Assembly: GCA_008369845.1 (NCBI GenBank)
Contig: MRSU01002042.1
Coordinates: 1 to 43,626 of the forward strand
Source: Trichomonas gallinae
Taxonomy: Eukaryota
Reading direction: 5' to 3'
Length of the DNA stretch: 43,626 nt
Below, piece by piece: positions 31,647-40,994 of the stretch (the stretch's first letter is position 1; the number at the start of each line of letters is the position of its first letter). The notes under the pieces were generated by a model. That model was given only the letters and a program-made list of their open reading frames with translations. It did not search any database and was not told where the DNA came from. The position numbers and the translations under genes were made by a program.

Positions 31647-32450
31647 ATGCTTTCTTTGAAGGAAAAAGTTCTTAAACATGCATCTGATTGCTTCAAGGTC
31701 AAGACAGCATTCCTTATATCTCAAAAGAACGAAATTGTTGAACAAAATGGCCTAAAATTCCAGTTTAATTTTTATGATCGCAATGTTTACACTGGTGATC
31801 ATCCTCCACGCGAAGAGAAGAAAGATCCCCTTCTTCCACCATATCCACAACACATTCTTGCGACTCATTTGCAAAATGGAGCAGCACATTACATACAAAT
31901 CAATTTATTTTCATTCAAACCTGGTCATGTTGTAATTTCATCCGATAATCCATCAGATAGACAAGGAGATCCATTGAATCATTATGATTTCAACGCATTT
32001 TCTCAGTTTTTGCTCGGATTTGGAAATAAAGGCATCGGATATTACAATTCTGGCAATGAAAGCGGTTGCTCACAGTTACATAAGCACATACAATACATCC
32101 CATATGATGATTTCCCTATTGCTAAAGCGATGTCAAAAGGAGAAAATCTTCCATGGCTTTATTACGCGAAGAAGATAGAATGGTTCTCAGAAGAAGCAGT
32201 TAAAGACGCATGGAATGATTTAACATCGAGAATGCGCGCAGGAAAGTTCGGCAGCGAAATTAAACATTTTAATTTCGTTCTGAACAATAAACATGCTTTT
32301 GTTGTCCCCAGGAAGCAGGCCAGGCATCAACTGGGCATCACTGTTAATTCTCTTGGTGTTTGCGGGCAATTCTTCACTTACGAAGAAAAATTTGATATTC
32401 TCAAAGATCGTCCGATCGAAATCGTTAGAGACCTTTGTTACGCAATCTAA
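31647..32450 (+). CDS. ATP adenylyltransferase / Ap4A phosphorylase (APA1/APA2-like)
   Basis: DPLLPP, INLF...GHVVISS, YYNSGNESGCSQLHKHIQ (HxHxQ motif), VVPRK and VNSLG. ATG at 31647. Confidence 0.85.
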   Translation: MLSLKEKVLKHASDCFKVKTAFLISQKNEIVEQNGLKFQFNFYDRNVYTGDHPPREEKKDPLLPPYPQHILATHLQNGAAHYIQINLFSFKPGHVVISSDNPSDRQGDPLNHYDFNAFSQFLLGFGNKGIGYYNSGNESGCSQLHKHIQYIPYDDFPIAKAMSKGENLPWLYYAKKIEWFSEEAVKDAWNDLTSRMRAGKFGSEIKHFNFVLNNKHAFVVPRKQARHQLGITVNSLGVCGQFFTYEEKFDILKDRPIEIVRDLCYAI

Positions 32451-33080
32451 AACCTTTTTCTATCCTCGAAAATCATTCATAATAACAATGATATCTCTGA
32501 TATTTAGTATATTATGATAGAATTTCAAATAGAATGAATTAATGTGTGTCGAATATTCTGATAAACTTTTCTATGAGCATAGTTATGTATATATAACTTT
32601 AAGGCTGCATTAATTTGATATGAAAGTCAGTATATTGACTAGCAATATCTGTGAAATAGAAAAATTTTTCTAAAATGATTGATGAATGACATTAAAAGTG
32701 TTCACAAAAAGAATTATTTTAAAAATATATGTTATAATTTTAATTGAGAAATGATGAAATTAAATATTTAATTTGAAAAAAATATAATTAACATTTGTAT
32801 GTTATATATGAATGATATATATTATGCAGAACTCATTTAATTTGTTGATTGCATGAGAAATGATAAAACTAAAATATTTAAATTTGAAAAATTATTTGAT
32901 TAATGATCAATCCTTTGTTATTCAATGAATCCATTATATCTATAACTGCATTATCTATTGATGTTTTTATTATATTTTAATGCAAGAAAAATTCTATATT
33001 CATGAAAAAGCTGTATGAATTAAGATAATACATATTTACATGTTAATAAACAAATAGAAATAAATAACAACCGCATTTTG

Positions 33081-34028
33081 TTAATCAAATGGATCAACTT
33101 CGACATCGAATTGAATATTGTCGTCTATATCATCTTCATTGTTGATTTCATCATCAAATGATCGAAATTCTTTATCATTTTCGTCATCACTTGAATCAGA
33201 TATATCAAAATGCAAAGTTTTGCCTAGTTTCCTGTCTTTCTCGCTGTTGTTCTCTATACTTTCGAGACTTTCGCTGAATGGTGAGGGAATTGGAAGCTTT
33301 GCGGATAATGGAGAATTAATATTTCCCTTTGGGAGTAAAGTGAATAGGGACGAAGATATAGAAGAAAACGAAGAAGTTCTGTTGTTTTTGCTGAGTTTGA
33401 AGTTCTTTCTATGCTCAGAAGTGCTGATCTTGAGATCTCCGTTTTTGCAATGTGTTGAATCAAGCATAGGCGTGTATCCTCCATCGCAGTCACAGCTGTA
33501 TTGCTTATAAAAGCTCGAATAACCTCCATCTAGTATATAAACGTTCGGATAATATACAAATGGATATTTGTTCAGATTTAGTTGTCTGTCCGTATTTCTG
33601 AGGAATTCTGCGCAGCTAGGTCCGCGATTTGCGCTGAACTCACAATGAAAAATGTAAACTGAATTCGGACTGAATTTTGGCTGCGAAAAGAAGATTTGTT
33701 CTATTTCCTCAAGGCTATTCAAGTTCTTTGCACCTTTTATATGACCACCTTCGTATTCATACTTGTATCTGCAATCATAAATTTCGAAAGATTGGACACG
33801 ATGGTATTTGCCGCATAACAACTCGTGCATTGTATGTATTGATATGCGTTTGATCTGGTAAGCATTAGGTAATGTTGGTATCAAGTTTTCTTCGTATCTA
33901 AAAGCGAAAGTCGCCTGATTCTTAGAATTCGAAGCATTCGAGTTGTTCATCTGATTGACACAATCGCAGTTCATAATCATATGAATGTTTGCATTGGATT
34001 GCGCACGATTTCTGCGCTGGTCAATCAT
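33081..34028 (-). CDS. CDC25: Cdc25-like phosphatase (rhodanese fold)
   Basis: DCRYKYEYEGGHIKGAKN, IFHCEFSANRGP (HCX5R active site), LRNTDR and YPNVYILDGGYSSF. Confidence 0.92.
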   Translation of the reverse strand: MIDQRRNRAQSNANIHMIMNCDCVNQMNNSNASNSKNQATFAFRYEENLIPTLPNAYQIKRISIHTMHELLCGKYHRVQSFEIYDCRYKYEYEGGHIKGAKNLNSLEEIEQIFFSQPKFSPNSVYIFHCEFSANRGPSCAEFLRNTDRQLNLNKYPFVYYPNVYILDGGYSSFYKQYSCDCDGGYTPMLDSTHCKNGDLKISTSEHRKNFKLSKNNRTSSFSSISSSLFTLLPKGNINSPLSAKLPIPSPFSESLESIENNSEKDRKLGKTLHFDISDSSDDENDKEFRSFDDEINNEDDIDDNIQFDVEVDPFD

Positions 34029-34619
34029 TTTTTAGTTTTTTTTTTTAACGTAAGAAAACTAATTTTGTTATTTTATTTATTTAGATCCGGATAACTATTA
34101 ATCTCACTTTTTACTCATGAAGTTCGTTTTATGATGCGTTTTTAATCATTTTCATTAAATTATTTCGTTTTAAACGAATTTTATGGATGAAGTTGGCTAC
34201 AATCCATCATAATATGCTATATTATTTAATTATTTATTTTATTAACGAAAATTTACTAAATAATCTTAGTTGTTTAGCAATGTATGTATTATGATTCGTT
34301 AATATATAAGTGATTAATACTAATAATCGCTAGATTTTTGGAATAAACAAAATTCAAAAATCCAAAACTTGAAAGATAAATTTTCGTGAACATTTCATGT
34401 TGTCAAAGATATCAGACACATCAAATATTATATATCTGTAATGATAATCGATTATTGAATTCATGCATCAAATCTTCTCATTGCATCAACAAATCCATGC
34501 AATTATAGATAATTTAAAACCTTATATTTTGTTATAACTCATGTTATCACAAGATGAATCATCCTATAATATTGTTTTGAAAGAATAATAATCAAAATAA
34601 TAAATAATATTGATTTTGA

Positions 34620-35654
34620 TTATTGTTCATTAGCTGGTTCGTCAGAGGAGTCCAGAACAAACAAAAACTCAGAATCTCCGCTGTTTTCATTAGATTCTAA
34701 TAAATTTAAATTTTGAGCCATTAATTTTGGTGCTGGTTCTTGTAGTTTATTATTAACAGCATATGCTATTGAGAATCCAAATATTTGAATCAGTCCAAAA
34801 ATCTCCAAAAACGAAATTGATTGTTGATCAATACTTAAGAAGCCAATAATCGTTGTAATTGATGTAGCAATAGTTCCACATATACTATGTGTCAATGGTG
34901 ATGTGAGTTTTATCAATATAATTGCAGAAATATTCAAAACTGTTGCGCTAAAACCAGAAATCATTTGCAAAGCCCATATTTTAAGTGTTTTAAACTCTGA
35001 TATAACAGAAATCTCCCCATTTATTATAATTATGAAAAACAGAACGATTGAACTCATAGATATTAAATATTGGAGCATTGCAAAATGATTATCATCAAAC
35101 ACAGCAACGGTTTTAACAATAAAAATACTATATAATGATAAGAAACATGAGCTTCCAATTCCATAAATTAATCCCTCAGTAGAAATTGAGAATTTTCCTT
35201 CAATTCCACAAATAAAACCGCAAACAACACCTAAACAAGCAATAATAGATATCCAATGAGTCTTCTTATTGAGAATTAGGTATGTAAATAAAACATTAAA
35301 CAAAACTGTAAGAGATCTAGCAATTTGATAATTAGATAATGGTATAACTTCTAAGCACTTGTTATTTAATCCAGCAGTGAAAAGATATACTATTAAAGTC
35401 GGAATTATTTTAATAACATATTTAATTCTAAAGTTGAATTTGGGAAAACAGTTTAATAATGGTATCTTATATCCATATGAAGTGCATATTATGATAATTG
35501 CAAGCTCGAATATTTGTTGAAAAAATAATAAATAATACGCTCCTATTTTGATGCCTGCATTCTGAAGTAAATACTTTGTTGTTGTAGTGTTAAGTAAAAT
35601 GCAAGAAATATAGGCTATTATAGCGAATATTATCTTGCTTTTTAATGCCTGCAT
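34620..35654 (-). CDS. Nucleotide-sugar transporter, GDP-fucose transporter (SLC35C1)-like
   Basis: About 10 TM segments; NNKCL...YQIARSLTVLFNVLFTYLIL and TSPLTHSICGT. The ATG at 35654 follows Inr TCATTTT. Confidence 0.8.
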   Translation of the reverse strand: MQALKSKIIFAIIAYISCILLNTTTTKYLLQNAGIKIGAYYLLFFQQIFELAIIIICTSYGYKIPLLNCFPKFNFRIKYVIKIIPTLIVYLFTAGLNNKCLEVIPLSNYQIARSLTVLFNVLFTYLILNKKTHWISIIACLGVVCGFICGIEGKFSISTEGLIYGIGSSCFLSLYSIFIVKTVAVFDDNHFAMLQYLISMSSIVLFFIIIINGEISVISEFKTLKIWALQMISGFSATVLNISAIILIKLTSPLTHSICGTIATSITTIIGFLSIDQQSISFLEIFGLIQIFGFSIAYAVNNKLQEPAPKLMAQNLNLLESNENSGDSEFLFVLDSSDEPANEQ

Positions 35655-36241
35655 TATAAAAAAATGACATTTTGACATGTAAAAATTTGTATTTTGACAT
35701 TTTTCACTTGATATTTCTGTTATTGGTCGGAATAGAGCTGTTCTCATTAGCATTCACATCTATTTCAACCAATAGCTGGAGCATCAAGTCAAGACCCGAT
35801 GTTGTTGTCCTACAAAGATCCTAGGCAAACATCTAAGTAAACTAAATATTATACTTATATACATATAGTGATTATATGGTAGAAGTATTAAGGCTCAAGC
35901 TTCGTGAGGATGTTTACTGTTCTAAAACATTAAAAATCATTACCAACTTTTAGAATTTATAATTGAATGTTCACCCCTACAATAACACTTTAGATATCTC
36001 TCTTTTTATGTGGCAATTTCAAAATTTACAAGACATTCCAGAAGTTCTATAATTCATTACTTCATATTAATTGATAAAATCTGACATGTAAAATAAAATT
36101 TTGTCGTTTAAAAATAATATTCAGAAGAAGAAAATGAAATCTGTCATGTAAAGTTTTCTTGAGATTTGTTGTAAGGAAGCCAAACATATAATTTGATTGC
36201 ACTATTAATGTGTATTCGATGAATCATTTCCAGAATTATAA

Positions 36242-36892
36242 ATGCCGATGACGACTAAATTGAAAATCCTCGTTATCGGGCCACCGCAGTGTGGTAAGAC
36301 TGAAATTGCAAATAACTTATGTCAAGAAACCAAATCTTTATCAGGAAAATCGATGCCGACAGTTGGTTGCAGAATTCAAGAATTAGAATTGACTTTAAAA
36401 ATAAATGAATTGCAAACATCAGTTACAATCGAACTGTGGGATGTAAGTGGTGACGAAAAATATTCAATGCTTTGGCCAGCAATCAAAAAAGATGCCGATG
36501 GAATCTTATTAGTCTATAAATCATGCGAGAAAAAGCAAGCTCAATCATTGGATAGATACTGCAAAGCATTTGGAAATGACATGACATCAGGACAATGTAT
36601 GGTTGTCGCTCATAAACTTGGACAAGAAGAATCAAAAATCACTAAACCAAAGCTTTCAAACAATTTTGAGATTGCAAAGATTGTAATAATCAATGTGGCA
36701 GATGATATTACTGAATTCAAAGAACAATTTCAAAATTTTTGTCAAATACTCTACAATATTAAACTTAGGAAGATAGAATCGTACGAAAAGATGGTAGTTG
36801 GTATATCTCCAATGTCATCGGCAATTCTCACTAAATTATCAATCAAAGATCAAAATGAAGATAACAAATCCACGTTTAAAGATGACACTTAA
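36242..36892 (+). CDS. IFT22: Intraflagellar transport protein 22 / Rab-like 5
   Basis: KILVIGPPQCGKT, PTVGCRIQE, ELWDVSGDEKY, WPAI and VAHK in place of NKxD; no CAAX. Confidence 0.85.
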   Translation: MPMTTKLKILVIGPPQCGKTEIANNLCQETKSLSGKSMPTVGCRIQELELTLKINELQTSVTIELWDVSGDEKYSMLWPAIKKDADGILLVYKSCEKKQAQSLDRYCKAFGNDMTSGQCMVVAHKLGQEESKITKPKLSNNFEIAKIVIINVADDITEFKEQFQNFCQILYNIKLRKIESYEKMVVGISPMSSAILTKLSIKDQNEDNKSTFKDDT

Positions 36893-37286
36893 TTTCCACA
36901 CTCTTAAAAATCATATCCATATTGTTTCATATCAATTAATAAGTTAAAATCAAAAAATCAATTGAAAACACAAAATTTTGTTCATATGTTTTTAGTATCA
37001 ATCAATAGATCATCTACTTAGTTTATTGATTTATTAACACACAAAAATAATATTGAAATTAACAAATATTAAAAAAATTTCAATATTAAGGGTTAGATTT
37101 AAAGTTGCAGACTTAGAAAATATTTTGGAAGATTCTTGTTTTCTATTTTCGTAATATTAATTTTTTTTAATTAATTTAATTCGATTTTTATATTCCAAAG
37201 ATGAATAAAAATAAAGATATTGCAAAAGATTGATAATGTTTATTATTTTTGGTCGAAATAAGAGTTATAAATATATTTACCAAAAT

Positions 37287-40217
37287 TTAGAGCTGGCTTG
37301 TAGAGAGCAAATTTGATGAGTCTAAAACAGGCTTCTTCTTTGAGCAGTAAATGATGATACCGCAGACAATTGCAGCGACAACAATTCCCGAGAATCCGAA
37401 AGAAACCGAGAAAATAATATCCTTCTTTCTATTCGCTGCTTCATCTGGTGTCTGCGTCACTGGAATTGGCGTTCTTGTGAATGGCGTTGGTGATTCCGTG
37501 ATTGGTGATTCTGTTGGTGACTGTGTTGGTGATGCTGTTGGTGACTCTGTGGGCGATGGTATATTGTCATGATCAACGTAAACAATGTTGCGGCGAGTAA
37601 TAACATATAACTGTCCTTCTGGTGTGTTATAGTATGGATTGACTGCGTTGACTTTAGATGACTTGTAGTTAATATTTCCATAGATGACAGGAAGAGCTGG
37701 AATCTTAAGATATTTGTGCGGTGGATTGTCGAACTTGTCTATCGAAATTGCGAATGAAACAGAATCGACATTAATCTGTCCGCAGCGAGAAATTATCCTT
37801 GGCATTGAGGCTGGCAAAATATCAGCGACAACTTCGCCTGTAACTGATGCACCGCAGAGAGAAACAGTTGATGCGACACGAGAAGCAAGCCTCTTTACGT
37901 TGATCCTTCTTGGAAGATAAAAGTTTGCGTAGTTGTCGATAATCAATGAATTAACAGTTACGTTGTATTCTCCCTCAATTGTGATTTTTACGTCAGGAGA
38001 AATTGTCAGGGAATCAATGTTAGCGAGGTCTGATCCAAAGTTAAACACAATGTTTGATCCTTCAGATGTCTTGATTGCTGGAATGTCGTTGCAGTTATAT
38101 ATGACGTTGAAATGCTTTGGTGTGAAATCTCTTTTAATTGAAGGCTTCAACAGTTTCAAGTTCACTGTATCGAATCCTGTGAAGTTAACATCTGCACCAA
38201 GGAATGAGAAATAACCAGTGCCTGTTACATTGATGACGACTGGTGAGAAGATGTCTGTACCAGATTCAGCGACGAATAATGGATAATATTCGAGTCCGGG
38301 ATCAACTTTGAACTTTTCCTTGATTTTACATACATAATTACGACCCTCAATATAGTCGATTCTGTTGAGATTTTTGACTGGCAATATCCATGTCTGCTCT
38401 GTTGAATTGACGTCCATTGGCATTAGGTTAGTTGGAATGATTGATCCTGTAATATCTAGTCTAACAATATTGTTTGTGTTCATTGTTCCATTCTTGTAAT
38501 TAATGCTGCCGCCAACCATTCTGATATCCAAAGGTGTCCTCATTGAGTTGTCTGAAAGGAAGATTGTGTCGTAAGCAATGATATCGAAATGAACAAGATA
38601 ATCCCTGGTAATATCAAGAATTACATCAAACTTCATGCGATTTACGAATAATTTAGCATATGGTGAGTCCATTAAGCGTCCAATGCTCGCAACTTCTTCT
38701 TCTGTTTGACAGATTAAGTATCCATCTGGGCAATACTTTGTGTCTTCTGAAATGCAGAATTTAGATTTTGCGATTCTTGTAACTGTGACTTTGAGACCGT
38801 CCGTGTTGCTGCACTGAAGCTGTGCGTTGAATTTGGTGCCAGGAGTTAAGTCGGTTGTAAACTTGGATTTTTCGCAATCAATGCCTGAGCCTTGAATAAC
38901 ATGGTATTCTCCTTCATCGAGGTGATCATTGCGCAAATGATATTTGATGATTGGATTTTCGAGCTTGTTGAATTTGATTGTTGATCTGATCGTTCCGCAA
39001 GCATCGAGATAACCTAAGTTATTGAATTCAAGGTGCGATGTTCCAGCCATGATGTGCTTGATCCTGTAAACTGAACTACCCTGGAGCGTTAATTTTCCGC
39101 CCTTTGGTGTCATCAAGTCAGCATAGAGATCTGAGACAGATGAGTCAACTATTGCGTCGAATGGTGAGCCAACGAGTTCACCTGTCATGATGGATTTGCC
39201 TGTAATTGTTGTCTTCGGCAAAATTGGAATTGATGGGATAATAATTGAACGGTTTGGTGCGCCAGAGATTTTACCTTCAGCATTTATATCTGGGAATGCA
39301 GTGTTTAAGTGCAATTCTGCAACATTTGTTTCAACATTCAAATTATATCCATTATCAGCATAAACGGTTGGGCCTATTTTTGATGCGCCGAGGGAATAAG
39401 GGATGTTGAAAACTAAGTCAGAGCGCGAGTGGAATGATGAGTGAGCAAATAATGTTGACTGATTTTGAGCAATATTAATTATATCGATCTTCTTTACACT
39501 TTCAGAGAATGAGAAGTCAACACTGGTGTTGATATTTGCAAATTTAAAAGATGACACCTTAGAATACGTGTCAACTTGAATTTCATCGAATGAAAATGAA
39601 ATTGAGCCATCACTTGGGATATTCTGTAAATAAACGACTGAATTGGTCTCACGAACGAACTTAATTTGTGCGTCTGGTGGATTTGCCATGTTTAAATAAG
39701 TGAATGAAGCATCAATTGAATTTCCGAAAGACTTAACAGAAATATCATCAATATAAAGCGTGGAAGCGCTAAGCTTGTAATCCTTTGATGCGAGGACAAC
39801 CCCATAAAGCTGCAATTTGTTTGCTATAAGATTTGGTGAATCAAGATATAATTTCAGCGAGTTTAACTTCAAAATATTCCTAAAAGACTTAACCATACTG
39901 GTTTGTAGTGAAACTTGTGGAGTTACATCGCCTAATTTCGTCGATTTAATTAATTTCAAATCAATATCATATATCGAAGCTTTAGATGTATCCAAGAAAA
40001 TCGGTTTTCCGCTTGCATCTGTTGTATCGTCAGCGTAAAAAATGACCAAATGATCTTTGTAGAAATCGATTTTTTCTTGCCATGAATGATAACTCGATGG
40101 ATCTAGGTAAATATCGACAGTTGGGCAGCGAGTTTTGTCTGTCTTGTAAAAGCAAAATGTCTGAGTGTCAGCATCATTTGCGTTTTTAATTCTATCCAAA
40201 AATAAAGAATGACGCAT
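37287..40217 (-). CDS. Type I transmembrane surface protein with P/T/S-rich stalk
   Basis: Large beta-rich ectodomain with two FC-x7-CP modules, (S/T)PT(E/A/Q) repeats, one TM (IIFSVSFGFSGIVVAAIVCGIIIYC) and a short basic tail. Confidence 0.75.
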   Translation of the reverse strand: MRHSLFLDRIKNANDADTQTFCFYKTDKTRCPTVDIYLDPSSYHSWQEKIDFYKDHLVIFYADDTTDASGKPIFLDTSKASIYDIDLKLIKSTKLGDVTPQVSLQTSMVKSFRNILKLNSLKLYLDSPNLIANKLQLYGVVLASKDYKLSASTLYIDDISVKSFGNSIDASFTYLNMANPPDAQIKFVRETNSVVYLQNIPSDGSISFSFDEIQVDTYSKVSSFKFANINTSVDFSFSESVKKIDIINIAQNQSTLFAHSSFHSRSDLVFNIPYSLGASKIGPTVYADNGYNLNVETNVAELHLNTAFPDINAEGKISGAPNRSIIIPSIPILPKTTITGKSIMTGELVGSPFDAIVDSSVSDLYADLMTPKGGKLTLQGSSVYRIKHIMAGTSHLEFNNLGYLDACGTIRSTIKFNKLENPIIKYHLRNDHLDEGEYHVIQGSGIDCEKSKFTTDLTPGTKFNAQLQCSNTDGLKVTVTRIAKSKFCISEDTKYCPDGYLICQTEEEVASIGRLMDSPYAKLFVNRMKFDVILDITRDYLVHFDIIAYDTIFLSDNSMRTPLDIRMVGGSINYKNGTMNTNNIVRLDITGSIIPTNLMPMDVNSTEQTWILPVKNLNRIDYIEGRNYVCKIKEKFKVDPGLEYYPLFVAESGTDIFSPVVINVTGTGYFSFLGADVNFTGFDTVNLKLLKPSIKRDFTPKHFNVIYNCNDIPAIKTSEGSNIVFNFGSDLANIDSLTISPDVKITIEGEYNVTVNSLIIDNYANFYLPRRINVKRLASRVASTVSLCGASVTGEVVADILPASMPRIISRCGQINVDSVSFAISIDKFDNPPHKYLKIPALPVIYGNINYKSSKVNAVNPYYNTPEGQLYVITRRNIVYVDHDNIPSPTESPTASPTQSPTESPITESPTPFTRTPIPVTQTPDEAANRKKDIIFSVSFGFSGIVVAAIVCGIIIYCSKKKPVLDSSNLLSTSQL

Positions 40218-40538
40218 TTTAAAAATATGAAATTTTTGTTGAAATAATTGTGTTTTTGGTTTCTATATGCTATGAACATCCTATATTTTCATTTTTAATG
40301 GATATAAATGAAATGACATAGAATAACCTTAATTTTGGCAAAAATAATATATTTACGTGACAGAAATTGTTTTACGTGACAAATTTTCGTCATATGACAA
40401 GTAATATAAAATATGAATATACATGGTAAGCCCCACATATTTATGTGTCTTGATGGCAAGAAATATGACTCGGTTATTTATGGTTTTGATGGTATAAAAT
40501 TAAATTAATTGTGAAATTTTTCGTTTAATTTCTCTCAG

Positions 40539-40966
40539 ATGATGAAATCTTTCGAAAATACAGATGTTGATAACTCCATAGATGCACTCGCCCAGTCACA
40601 ACCAATATCCACAGATGCACAAGATAATACTGCTAATAACAATATTGAAGATCTGAAAAAATTAGGATTATCAACAGAGATGTTCGACGAAATATATGAT
40701 ATACATTCAATCGTATTTCAATGGAAAACGAATTTGATGCTATGAATTTTGCTATAAAAGAGGGATTCTTGATAGAATTTAGTAGAACCATCAATAATAA
40801 CAATGAAATCTATGAAATCCATAATCCAAACTTCGTCAGATTTATTCTCAAAATTCAACATTTTGATGTTAATGAAAAAATAATTTCGGCTTCTGCAGAT
40901 GGTCATCTAGAAGCTGTCAAACTACTTCTCACTGTTCCTGGAATAGATGTCAACTAAAAAGATATT
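40539..40966 (+). pseudogene. Frameshifted, truncated ankyrin-repeat gene
   Basis: Two overlapping ORFs (40539-40745 and 40721-40957) ending in ASADGHLEAVKLLLTVPGIDVN*KD. The ankyrin repeat lacks its N-terminal TAL part. Confidence 0.7.
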
Positions 40967-40994
40967 GACCAAAATTAAACATTTTATATATAAG

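Noticed and set aside
25182..36892. Flagellar gene cluster (TTLL plus IFT22)
   Set aside because: About 10 kb and many unrelated genes apart; TTLLs are multi-copy in flagellates.
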